NCBI GenBank assembly: GCA_002245135.1
Contig: NGBS01000308.1
Location: 62,001-126,000 of the forward strand
Length of the DNA stretch: 64,000 bases
Direction: 5' to 3'
From: Proteromonas lacertae
Lineage: Eukaryota
A program made the translations under genes and the position numbers. The notes under the pieces were generated by a model. The model saw only the letters and a list, made by a program, of their open reading frames with translations, did not search any database and was not told the origin of the DNA. Each line of letters opens with the position of its first letter. Position 1 is the stretch's first letter. Below are positions 51,201 to 64,000 of this stretch, piece by piece.

Positions 51201-54200
51201 TTATATCTTTGCTTGTTAGCTTCATATTACCATCTATTGTTATTGTTCCACTACTACCTTTCATTTTATCGATGTTTAATATACCACCACTTATCTCATT
51301 CACATTTAATAAATTATATGTTCCTTGTAAATTTAAATCACTATTGATCTTTATATCATTTCCAGCACCATTACTACTTTGAATTGTACCAATATTTATT
51401 GTTCCACTACTAAGCTCTTTTATTCCACTTATATCTTTGCTTGTTAACTTCATATTACCATCTATTGTTATTGTTCCACTACTACCTTTCATTTTATCGA
51501 TGTTTAATATACCACCACTTATCTCATTCACATTTAATAAATTATATGTTCCTTGTAAATTTAAATCACTATTGATCTTTATATCATTTCCAGCACCATT
51601 ACTACTTTGAATTGTACCAATATTTATTGTTCCACTACTAAGCTCTTTTATTCCACTTATATCTTTATTATCTACTTTTATATTATTCAATATATTGATT
51701 GTACTACCACTTAATACTTTTATGTTATTCACACTCAATGTATTTCCACTTAAATTTTCACCTCCTAGTGTTAAAGCATTCAATACACTATATGTTCCTT
51801 GCAAATTTAAATCACTATTGATCTTTATATCATTTCCAGCACCATTACTACTTTGAATTGTACCAATATTTATTGTTCCACTACTAAGCTCTTTTATTCC
51901 ACTTATATCTTTATTATCTACTTTTATATTATTCAATATATTGATTGTACTACCACTTAATACCTGTATGTTATTTATTTTCAATGTTGATCCTTCTAAT
52001 ATATTAGCAGCAAATGATTTCAAATTCAGAATACTGTAAGTTCCTTGAAAATCCAAATCACTTGATATATTTATTGTACCACTATTACCATCCATTTCGT
52101 TAATAACAATTTTACCACTACTTAGTATATCGTTACCATTCATATTGATATTATTCTTTATAGATATTACACTATCTGCTGCATTACTTTCAATTTGTGG
52201 TAATTTTACTGAATGTATTATATTGATTGTTCCTGCTGTTGCTTCTTTTACTTTATCAATATTATGACTATCTTGTAGATCTAAATTGCTATTTATCATT
52301 ATTGTTGAAGTTGGACTATTTAATGTACCAACATTGATTTTTCCTGAGCTTAATTCTTTTACATCTTTTATATCATTTTGTTTCATATCTAAATCACTTT
52401 TAATAGTAATTGGTTGATTGGCTGTTGGATTATCAACTGATGTAACATGTAACCAATTACCAATGTTAATTGTACCTGAACTTAATTCATTAACATTTGA
52501 AACATCTTTACTATTCATATTTATATCACTTTCAATTGAAATTTCATCATTTCCATTACTTATGGTTTTAATATTTAGAGTTAAACCACTTATTTCACTT
52601 ACATCAGATATTTTATTACCTTTCATACTTATATCACTGTGTATATTTATTGAATTACCACTTAATACCTTCAAATTGTTAATATTCAATGTAGTTCCAG
52701 ATAAATCTTTAGCTTTAAAGTTCTTTATATTAACAATATCATGATCCAACATATCTAAATTACTGTTTATCATAATAGTTCCAATTGAACCAATATTACT
52801 TTGAATTGTACCAACATTCATTGTAGAACCATTCATTTCATTTATTCCAACTATATTTTTACTTTTCATATCAACATCACTAATTATTGAAATTGTTCCA
52901 CTTATTCCACTACTACTCTCAATTGTTCCAATATTAATTGTTCCACTACTCATTTTATTTATTCCTTTTATATCTTTACCATTTAAATTCATATTATCAC
53001 TTATAACTATATCAGTTCCACCATTACTCACTTCAGGAACGTGTAATACTTTGCCAATATTAATCGTACTTGCATCTAATACATTCACACCAATTATATC
53101 ATTATTATTATTCATATTAATATCAACATTTATAGTGACTGTTCCACCATTTTTGTCATTTATTGATTGTAAATTATAGATGGATGTTCCATCTATTTCT
53201 AAGTTATTATCTACAGATATTTTCTTTACTTTTAATTCATTGTTTTCATATTTGAATGTATTATCAAATGAGACTTTTCCATCTTCATTTAAATAAGCAA
53301 CATTGTTCTTATTTTCTATTGGATAATGTAATCCGTTGGTTGTGTCTTTATCATAAGTGATATTGGGATTAATTACAGTTGGCTTGACAATGCTTGAGTT
53401 TAAGATGGATGTACCATTTGCAAATGTCATATTACCATATATATAACTTTTATCTATATTAACTGTATTTTGAACATTTCCACTAGTTAAGGTTAAATTT
53501 CCTATTCCATCTGTAGTTTTTATTGTTGTATTTTCTAATGTAATATTACTGATTCTGGTACTATTAGATATTGTCACATTACAAATTTTTGTTTCATAAA
53601 AAATATCCGTTACATTTAATTGACCAACCGTTATATTAGAAATTAAGTGTTTGTTTATATCAGGATTGTATTTATATTGAAATGTTGCATTAGTTAAATC
53701 GATAGTATTGTTTACTACTAAATTTGGTGTTTTTATCTCTCCATTACCTATTTTTATCTCATCATCTGTTGTATTTCCTACTGTAACATCATGAGCATTG
53801 ATATTACCATTATTTATAGTTACTACTTTATCTGAAGCTGCTCCAATGGATAAATTACCACCAATATTAGTATTTTCATTTACAACCATGTTATCAGATG
53901 TCATCTTCTTTGTATGCAAATAAACATTATTGTTATTATCAATTCCAATATGATAATTAGGCGATTTTTTTGTTTCCTTACTATTTGATAAATGACGGAT
54001 ATTGGATGATTTTGAAGATGATTTATGTTGTTTAGATGACAATGATGATGATAATGACGATGTATTCTTTACCTCATAATCTCTAAGATTATAAGCTTCG
54101 TTTTTACTAGATGATTTAATAGATTCACTGAATATTGGAATTGTACCACTATCATTGGAATCATTTTCATAAAATTGAGTTTCAGAACCTTTATAGACTC

Positions 54201-54656
54201 TTAAACTGTTTAAACTAAGCATTGAAGCAGATATGGTAATGTTGTAATAGTATCTCATATAACTGTAAACAAATGCCCACACGATGAATGTGTATAAAAG
54301 ACAAATAAATAGGACGATAGCAGCTACTGATTGTAAAAAACAAGAATTATACTAAATTTTAAGCACTCTTTACAATGATGTTTCTTATAAGATAAATCTA
54401 CAGGTTTTAAAAACTGTCTATCCATCTTTTCTACAGCTTCTGAATATGGAACTACAGGAGTATAGTCTTTATCTATAAACTCAGGAGCAACACTATGAAC
54501 AACATTGGGTCTTACTGATAAATATCTGCCATGAGAATTATGTTCTTTGACAGTTTTGATAGAATTAGGAACTAGTCATAATTAAAAAATTAATATACCT
54601 CTAGCTATTGGAGGGGGAGCTTTTGGAGAAGGATAAGCCCATTTTTCTGAAGACAT
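42237..54656 (-). CDS. Giant (~4,100 aa) type II membrane fibre-like repeat protein; 2 introns near the 5' end and 1 frameshift at ~43355
   Basis: ATG 54656 MSSEKWAYPSP, two GT-AG introns, TM AIVLFICLLYTFIVWAFVY, 3649-codon ORF; repeats continue after the 1-nt shift to CNIDNEGAIYLDG...IVICLNNQW...SSP TAA at 42237. Confidence 0.85.
42420..43545 (-). repeat. Second coding tandem array made of 75 bp subunits (150 bp pairs)
   Basis: Alternating GTLTLGSSTLKEKEINIG(S/N)DG and AGKLTLANTILSDKSLDLKSDGKIT units. Confidence 0.9.
45160..51960 (-). repeat. Coding tandem array of 29 modules: 19 x 228 bp (type A) and 10 x 246 bp (type B) sharing a constant 41-aa block
   Basis: Constant KDISGIKELSSGTINIGTIQSSNGAGNDIKINSDLNLQGTY followed by A (NLLNVNEISGG...KLTS) or B (SVLNALTLGG...KVDN); periods measured e.g. 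45361-45589 (228 bp) and 51661-51907 (246 bp). Confidence 0.93.
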
Positions 54657-55112
54657 GATGAAAGAAAAAAAAATTCAAAAACTCAACTGATAGTTAATGA
54701 AAAATATAATTTCATACCCCTAAAAATGAAAATGTGTAGAATTTGTCTATAACACTTTTAATTCTTTCAGAAATGCTCATATGAGAGTAATTCATGATTC
54801 TATATAGACAAATGAATTTAATTTTATTGTTATGTGTTTATGTTTTCTATTTATACTTGAGAATGACAAAACAATCTTTAAATTGCTTCTTTTCTTTTTG
54901 TGATAATCGAAATAACAAAGTGGAGTAGCTATATTGGTGTAATTGACATTTTTGTCACATTGAAATTAGCATAATATAAAGCACTGCAATAGGTTACATA
55001 TCAATCAAACATCATATTAATTAGAAATAAGTTGTACATAAATAAATGAAAAAAACTGTTTGATTATTGTTTGAGATTTCATTTTGATTTTTTTAATTTT
55101 AATCAGCTTATA

Positions 55113-57261
55113 ATGATCATATCAAAATATTTCCCCCAAAATGGGTATGAAATACCATTCTATTTCCTTTTTAGACTATTAATGGATATAGTTTCGAAAG
55201 GTTATCATGATATGAAAATAGAACTAAATAATGGAGATGTAATTTACTCTGTTAAGTTAATTCTATGTTATTCTAATGAAAATTTCAAGGATATCATAGA
55301 AGGTAATGAATGTAGTGATGATATATATATAAAGGAGGATATTAATAGAGAATCTGTGATGTTATTACTTCAATATTATGGTGGTGGTAAAATTGAAATA
55401 AATGATGACAATGTGAAGAATTTAATGTTGTTATGTTTGATTTATAAAGAAAATACCTTGTTAACTGAATTGAAAAACTATTGTATTAATCATTTAAATG
55501 AAGATATAATAAAATACTTATTAAATCATATCGAAATAATGGATGTAGAAATACTGAAAGATTTAAAATCTAGTTGTGATGTATATGTCAAAGATATAGG
55601 GTTTTTACTATTAGAAGATGCAAATCAACTAGCTATTGGTGGATTAAAATATATTCTATCAACAGAAAATCTATCAATCAAAAATGAAAATCAAATATTG
55701 AATGGTTTATTGAGTTATTATAAAACAAATAAAAATGAAATTGAAAGTATACAATCTTTATTTTCTAATTAAATAGATGATGAAGAGAAGAAAGAGTCTT
55801 TTTATAGTCTTATGAAGTATATTAATTGGGATAAAATAAATGTAAAGACAATCAATCCAGAAGATCTTTCGTTAGTTGATAAATTTGAAGATTCAATTAC
55901 AGAAAGTTTAACAGAAGCAATTCAGAGAAATTATATATTAATTCCAGATATTAAAAACCGCAAATTAGATAGAATAGTAAATAATGTTTATAAATCAATA
56001 ATACTTCATGAAGAATACTCATCTAATTGTTTAAATGATATTGAGAATGAAAATTTGAATGAAGATTTGAGAATGTTATTTTCCTCAAATGATATAAGAA
56101 TAATCAAAGTGACAATATATGTAATTATTGACTATAATATAAATTATGAAATTGAAAAGGATTTGAAAAATAAATTGCTCAAAGATTTGATTAGAGATTA
56201 TAAAGAATTAAAGTCAAAAGAAGATGAAAGAGCAATAACTGTAAAATGTATCTCCTATTTCATAAACTGTATTAATTCATCATTTAATGTTCTATCATAG
56301 ATGAATCTTTGAAAAAGATGTATGATAAGTGTGGATATAATATACTATTGAAGTTATTAAATGTAAATACAATATCAAATGATAAATCTGAAACAATAAC
56401 ACAATTCATAAAAGATGCTGGTTTATTAAACAATGAAAAAGTACTTCACAAGTTTAAATCAAATGTAAAGAAAGGTGAAATTAAGAAAAAGATGGTTAAA
56501 AGAATGACTTATTTTAGATATGATAAGAACAAATACATATTTCATGTTAATGAAGAGGTTTATATTCCATGTGAAACTGATGGTGAATCATGTTGTTTTT
56601 CAATCTATCCAAGTATGTAAATATATTCTATTATTTAATGATTTAGTATTACCTTCTGGATTGTATATTGATGAAAAAACAGGAGAAATTAGTGGTAAAG
56701 CATTGAAAACAAGTGAAAGAAAAACATATGAAATAACATGTAAAGCTGCAGATGTTGAAATGATGTTTTCAGTTGTTTTATCAATTACAACTTATCAATT
56801 TTTAACCAATAAGAATAGCACAGTTGGAGGATTATCTATAATCAATGAAGGGAAAAAGCTGTTGTGTGTTGGTAATAAAGGATATAATTTCATTAATCTG
56901 AAACTCGTAAATAGAATATATCGAATTAAATTCAAAGTATCATTCAAATTTACTGCTTATTTCAAGTATTGGTGTTTCAACAAAGATGGATTTATCCTCC
57001 AAAAATGATCAAACATATTCTATTGATTTATATAACTCTGAATCTAGATTATTTGGTAAGAATAAAGTGAAGAACCCACATTACATCACTAATAAAGGAG
57101 ATGAATATGAATTTATATATAAGATGGATAAAATGACAATATCAGTAAGACAAAATGGAGGAGAAGAGATTGAAATATTTAAAGATTTACCATCTCCACT
57201 ATATCCTTATGTTAGTTTAAATGAAAAAGGAAGTGGAATTGAAATAGGTAAACACTTGTAA
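55113..57261 (+). CDS. BTB/BACK - helical region - He_PIG - SPRY-like multidomain protein; 4 introns, 1 frameshift at ~56961
   Basis: BTB YHDMKIEL...LLQYYGGGKIEINDDNV; BACK-like LSIKNENQIL; LPSGLYIDEKTGEISG; SPRY-like end IFKDLPSPLYPYVSL. Confidence 0.72.
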
Positions 57262-57348
57262 TTGAATAATTTTACTGTTTTTGTTATTTTTGGTTGAAAA
57301 ATTAAAAAGAGAAACAATAAAAACAACATATCTATATATAGAATTATA

Positions 57349-60300
57349 TTAATAAAAGTTAATTTCACAATTATTCAATATTGTCTTAACTTCATCAACT
57401 GTAGTATTAATTGGATTATTTACTAAACTCAGTTTCTTCAGTTTAGGCAATAAAGGCAATGATATTTTCAATACATCAACACTTTCATCAGTCAAACCAT
57501 TATCTAATAAAAAAGAAATAAAAACTATAAAATATACTATTCAAATATAATTCCTCCAAATTATTGGTATAACGGAAAGAATCTACAAAGAATTGTACTC
57601 CTATTGGTCCCATTGCCGTTGAACCAATCGCTAATATCTTCAAGCCTGCCAAGCCTTTCAAACCATCACACAATAATCTCACTCCTTTTTCACATATTTT
57701 ATTCCCCCAAATCGATAATCTCGTCAATTCTGTAGTGACTTTCAATCCTTCATTCAACCACTTTATAGATTCCAGCATTTAATTGTGTTCTACTTATTCC
57801 TAAATCTTTTAGTTTTGGTAAATACTTCAATCCATTACTTAACCACATCATCCCTGTATCTCCTATATTATTACCATCTAAAGATAGCTTTTGCATATCA
57901 GGACAATATCTTAAGCTATTACCTAAAAATTTAATACCTTCTTCATTGATTTGATTATTTCCAATCTCAAAATCTTGCAATTTATTTAACATTTGTAGCC
58001 TATCGCATAATCTTTCAAATCCAATATCACTTATCTTGTTTCCATATAAATATAACACTTCTAATTCCTTTGTAAATTGTAAACCTTCACTTAAGAACTT
58101 TAAACCTGCATTTCCTATGAGATTTTCATATAATGTCAATTTCTTTAATTTCTTCATGGATCTTAGTGATTTAACGAAGAATTTCATTCCATTATCTGCG
58201 ATGTGATTTGTACCTAATTCTAAGTCCTCTAAATCATGTAACGCACTTAATCCTAAACATAAATAATTCATTCCTATATCACCAATTTCGTTACCCCATA
58301 AATGTAACGTATTTAATTTTGGTAATGTAATCAGTGCATCACTTAGCCATTTTGCTCCATCATCTCCAATATGATTTCCATCTAAAGTTAACACTCTTAA
58401 ATTACTCATTACACTCATAAATATACTTATATACTGAATTCCAACATCACCAATATTGTTCCCTATATATAAAAACATAAATAAAATAGTAAAACGGATA
58501 GAAAAGTGAATATAAAAGTGAATATATATACTTGATATTTGAAGATCAATCAAATTCGGCAAACACTTCAAACCTGTACATAGTAACTTTAATCCATTAT
58601 CACCTATCTTATTACCATATAAATACAATATTTCCAATTCATTTGTATATTGTAAACCATCACTTAAAAATCTCATTCCCTCTTCTTTAATCTGATTTCC
58701 ATCTAATGATAGTTTATTCAAATGAATTAAATGTTTCATGGCGTTAGATAAATACTGAACTCCTGCATCTGTTATATCATTATCGCCAATTTCTAAGTCT
58801 TTTAAATTCTGCAAATTGATTAATCCTTCTGACAATAACTTTACACCAGAATCTCCTAAATTATTCTCAAATAACCACAAAGTGTCAATGGATTTAGTAT
58901 ACATAAAACCATCGCATATTACTTTCATTCCTGTTGCTTGTAATTGATTTCCTCCAATTGTTAGACGTAATAATTTGCTTGAATTTTTCATACACTTATC
59001 AAATGAGATTATATCATTATCTCCAATATTGTTATTTCCTAATTCCAATTCTTTTAATTGATTTAATATACTGATTTTGTCTAATAATGTGTTTAAACCA
59101 TATTCATTTATTGATACATCAAATACTCGTAGAATTTCTAATCGATTAACTAAATTGTATGTTATTACATAAAAAACTAATTCCTTCATTTCCTATAGGA
59201 TTTGAACCAATTCCAAGCTCAATTAGATTCGGTATAAATTGTAAAGAATTAGATAGATAAGTCATTCCAATAGATGTTATATGATTTACACCAACATTTA
59301 AAACACTTTAAATGTCTCATATATGACATATTATCACATAAATACTTCATTCCTTCATTACCTATATTGTTATTATATAAATATAATGTCTCTAAATCAC
59401 CTAAGAATTTCATTGATGATGAAAATATCTTCATTCCTTTATAAGTCAAATTATTCTGTGCTAAATTCAAATCTCTTAATCGATATAATCTTATAATTAT
59501 ATTACTCAAATATTCTATTCCTTCATCACCAATAGCGTTATTATTTAAATATAAAACCACTACATTTGGGATATACTTTAATAATGAACTTATTTCCTTG
59601 CAATTCTTGATTGGATATCACCATATTTTGACAGTCTATTGTACCTAATGAAGTTCCTTTCATTACTTTGTAATGAATCATATCCACAGGATTATTCAAT
59701 TGATTTTTTCAATATATCCGCTAAACTAATTTCCATATTCAAACATACATTAATTAATAACTTATATAATTTTGGTGAATAAGTATTGTTAAATCCATGT
59801 ATTATTTGATACAATAATACTACATCAGTTAATACATTTTGTACAACTTTGTCAGTTACAATTTCTTCGTTACTCATTGCATTGATTTCTTCGTATGTGT
59901 AACGGACGACTGGTAAAGGATCTATTTGTGCATTGTCTCTAATTCGCTGTAATTCGCTGATAATTTCATCAATATTTAATCTTTCTTTTTGATCTATTAC
60001 TAGTAATTTCTTGAGTAATTGATTGAGTTGATCACTGAACACACTTTCTAAGTCTGGATAATTAGCTGATGTGATTGATAACTGAACATCTAATAAAGAT
60101 TTACCATTGAATGTGTTTTTTCCACTTAGAATGTAGTACATTACACAACCATAACTCCAAATATCAGTTTTTATATCAATTTCTTCATTCTTTAACATTT
60201 CGGGTGACATGTACTGATATGTTGAAATTGCGATTGAAGGAAGTGAACTTGGTGCCAATAAATCATTCTTACAGTAATCACTTACTATTGCATTACCTTC

Positions 60301-60780
60301 TGAATCTAATAATACATTGGATGGCTTTAAATCACCGTGATAAATGTTTAATTTATGTATTGATTGAATTCCATCCGCTATGCTGCTTAATAAACTATAT
60401 GTTCTAAATTCTGCAACTGTATCTTTTGTGTCAATAGCTATGATATTAGAAGGATATTCTGACATTGTCACTACTATAGTGTTTTTCACAGCAGCTGTTG
60501 CATGGTAATGGATTATATGTGCGTTGTCTTGAGAACTGACCTTTGTTACTTTCTCTAAAAACTTTTGAATCACTCCTTCTTCTATTTTATCAGCTTTCAT
60601 CATTTTTACTATTTCTTGTTCCTTAGTACTCTTATTTTTAACTAAATACAAATTACCATCTGCACTACCACTTAACTCTCTGATAATCTAAACGAATTAT
60701 AATTCATATAACAATACTTGATAGTTCAATGATGGATCTAACCCGCTTAGCAAAGAAGCATTTGAAGCACCTGCACCCAT
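57349..60780 (-). CDS. Putatively N-myristoylated kinase-like domain plus long RNI/NLRC3-type LRR array; 3 introns, ~5 frameshifts
   Basis: MGAGAS start; HGDLKPSN, SDYC in place of DFG, YMSPE, DIWSYG; more than 20 28-aa LRRs LxxLxLxxNxIGDxG. Confidence 0.8.
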
Positions 60781-60935
60781 TGTATTTAGCTAGATATTTC
60801 AAGAAACGTTATAACGAATAAATCAAATTAATACAAGTATTATATTGTATTCTTATGTATTTTGCTGAAAAGTTTATAAAAACAAACAGTATTATATACA
60901 AAACCAAAACAATCATTTAATAAAGTGAAATATCA

Positions 60936-62529
60936 CTACTCTTTATTCATTTCAAATTGAACTAAACAATCATTATACAATCCATTCATAGGAATATCTT
61001 TGAACGATTCAATATACTTGTATATATCTCCTTTCTATATATAAATATAAATATATTATAAATATAAATATACATCCAGATTATGTAAAATACACAATTC
61101 AACGTATTTCTTCAAGAATCTATTCAATATTTTGGAGAAATATGATTTATTATAACTTAGAATTGTATGAACATTATTATGAACACTGTAAAACTCTTTA
61201 ATTTTATTACATAACATTTCTATCACTTTCTATTTAGAAGATAAATAATATAATTAATAAATATACTAATATATTTATCATTTTACTAATAATTACTTCT
61301 TTTTTGTTAATATTTTCTATCTTCATAAGACTATTCTTATGTGATTGAAATAGATCTATATATTGATCAGATTGGTTTAATAAAAATGAGGTTATATCAT
61401 TTGGATTAACATTTTGAAGTGTTGGATACCTTTGATATAAATTATTTATGAAAATATATAGCATATTCTGGTTTTGATTTATTTCACCATTTATTTTATT
61501 AATATCATTTTGTAATGGAGCAATTTGATTCTCTATATCTAATCGATAAGCTAAATATAATAACTCTTAAATATACTTTGAAATAAAGATTCATATAATT
61601 TCATATTATTCATAAAATTCTGTAAATCATATAATACAATATCCGTTTTATCATTAAATATTTCTTCATTATCATCATCCTCAACAGTATATAGTTTCAA
61701 AATTCCATTTAAAAATTCTTGTGATAAAGACACTGTTGTAAAGTCATAATTATTTGGATGTAACATTAATGATGGTAAAGAATAAATCATTTGAATAAAA
61801 GTACTATATAAATATAAATATATAAATATTATTATTAATTAAAAATATTATAATATACTATAGATATTTACCAGTATATTCATTATTCCAATTCTCTAAT
61901 AATTCCTTTAAAATACTTATTATCAATTCATTTAATGGTTCTGGAATAAACTCAAATCTGGTTAACATTTCATGAATAACATCTTCTATATTTATTTTTG
62001 ATGGATTGTTCATTTTTGACTTTATTTCTTTATAAATGTGATGAATTTCTCTTTCTTTTTCCACTTGATTTAGTTTGAGTTTTCTGAAACTTCTGTATGT
62101 TGATGGTTCTGAATCTGTTTTAGGAGTTTTGGGAGTGGTAGGAGAAGAATAAGAAGAATAATCAAAACTATGAATAATGTATGTTAATATACAGTTGAGT
62201 GGAGGAAATATCATCAACACTAAATAAAATATAATAACTTATAGATATACATAAAATATTCATTTGATGGATTTTCTGGATTTCTAAAATGATTGTATAA
62301 ATGACTATACAGTGGTTTAAAAGATGACGATTCTCGATGAGATCTTAAACTTCTATACAAAAATATAACTATACACTATACTTTGAATTTGTTTTGATTA
62401 TTTTAGTATTTCTTCTAGAAATATAATTCATGAACATACGAGATAGAACTGCTATTTCCACCAGGACTATATTAATTAACATAATATTATGAAATACGAT
62501 TGGGGGTCGTAAGATAATGATCTCTTCAT
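60936..62529 (-). CDS. Hypothetical protein; about 9 short introns
   Basis: ATG 62529 MKRSLSYDPQSPGGNSSSIS joins in frame across GT-AG introns to TAG at 60936; exact TGTTTGTT 48 nt downstream. Confidence 0.62.
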
Positions 62530-62909
62530 GAGTAAAATCAAAAAATAATTTCAAGCTTCTATCAAGCCTAATCAAAATCTAACTAAAAGGGTTAAAATAT
62601 GTTTAGTATAATGTATTATGTTGATAGATACAATACTAAATAGTTTAAACAGAAAATCAAAAAATCTTAAGGAAAAGTGTTTTTAATATAAGCAAGATAG
62701 AAGAATAGCGAAAAATTTATATTTATTGATAACATTTTGCTTAAACTATAGATATTCTATAAGAAATGAAAATGAATGAAACTACTATTCAAAATAGATT
62801 TGCACTTTATTATAAGATTATCTATTTAAACATAAATTCTATTTTGAATAGTAGATTTGAAATATATTTTTGTTTACTCTTTTGTTAATCGTGTTTTGAG
62901 TAATATAAT

Positions 62910-64000
62910 ATGAGTGATTCATCTTTCGACGATGGATATGATGATGTAAACCTTCCAGGTATTCCTATTCACCAATTTTCGCAAAGTCCACATAAAAATA
63001 AAGTCAGTCCATCAAAATATATCAGACCACCAGAAGCTCCTTCTAATATATATAAATCTACTCAAAGAGGTATAATAACATGTATATAATTAAATAGTAC
63101 CTGCAACTATGAAGAACTTAAATGAACATAGAATTGGACCTAATAAGGTGTACGTAACAGCTCCACCTCCAATAAGGAAAAGAACTCCAATACAGGAAAT
63201 AATAGATCCAATGAATCCCGCTGGAGGTGGAGTGTCTGTTGATAAATCATCTTTAGACTTAATGAAAGATTATCTAAAACCAAGAGATTTGTCATACAAA
63301 AGACATTACTGTAAATACTATTCTTTGATGAGTATAATTTATTAACCTATATTTATAGCTCTCTTTTGTTTAATTGTATTTGCTATTTATTCTCTTATCA
63401 TTTTCTTTGTATATAAATCGTATATGAAATCTCATTACAAAATCTCCATTGATTCAAACACGCTTAATCTTAATGCATTTAAAATTGAAAAGTTCAATGG
63501 AATATATACTCAGTTCTATAATGAGTCAAACACTCCAATTGCTAAAGAGAAGACTAAAGTGAAAACTAAAATCGTTAATCATAACATTAGAAGTGATAGA
63601 AAATTAGCAGCTTCTACAATAGCTCCTACAACTTCAATACCTTCAACAGCTGCACCACCACCACCAACAACTACTACTACAGCTGCACCAACCACTTCTT
63701 CACCAACCACTTCTTCACCATCCACTGCTAATCCAACTGCAACTTCTAATCCAACAACAGCATCTCCTACATCAACTACAATTCCAACATCTTCAGATCC
63801 AACAACATCTGTACCAGCAACAACAACAACGACAATTCCAACTAACGTAATAGATGATGAACCATTTCCAAATATTCCAGAAGATGAATATAATTACAAA
63901 AACAGCAAAACAGTCTCAGATTCTAAAGCAATAATTGACTCACAGAATCATTTATTCCTTACTACAAGTGGATTGAAGAGTAATAATTTAGAAATTAATC
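62910..64000 (+). CDS. 3'-truncated third paralog of the type II fibre-like family with a Thr/Pro/Ser mucin-like stalk; 2 introns
   Basis: LKPRDLSYKRHYCK matches LKPVDLSYKKHHCK of the giant gene; both introns fall at equivalent positions; TM followed by SYMKSHYKISI...LNLN. Confidence 0.8.

Noticed and set aside
45160..51960. Constant block alternating with variable blocks looks like a CRISPR array
   Set aside because: Units are 228/246 bp, only two 'spacer' types exist, all lie in frame within one ORF, and no cas genes are present
54316..54352. Apparent frameshift upstream of the giant ORF
   Set aside because: Resolved by a 29 nt GT-AG intron at the same position as in the 62910 paralog
56937..56966. 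GTATCATT...AG segment as a possible GT-AG minor intron fixing the BTB gene frame
   Set aside because: It is 30 nt, so removal keeps the broken frame, and there is no convincing branch point; a 1-nt indel explains the break better

Overview
Very AT-rich, gene-dense eukaryotic nuclear DNA using the standard genetic code. I reconstructed about 28 intron-containing or intronless protein genes by hand, with roughly 75-80 mostly 25-45 nt GT-AG introns. The tiny introns, TGTTTGTT-like elements downstream of stop codons and a mastigoneme-type protein point to a stramenopile, most likely a low-GC Blastocystis or a close opalinatan relative (inference). Conserved genes: ArfGAP2/3, syntaxin-5, mitochondrial EF-G1, ARL3-like GTPase, cyclin Y, INO1 and RRP4. 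Three observations stand out. (1) Two 57-60 nt introns with AT...AA termini and U12-like donor and branch signals must be removed to restore conserved motifs in EF-G1 and in a Raw/NDT-like gene. (2) A family of three type-II membrane fibre-like proteins is present; one is about 4,100 aa with an irregular A/B array of 29 near-identical modules. (3) Two kinase/pseudokinase + LRR genes are present, one with four tandem kinase-like domains. About 11 single-base frameshifts downstream of 30.7 kb are most simply assembly errors. No rRNA, tRNA, transposon or CRISPR array was recognised.
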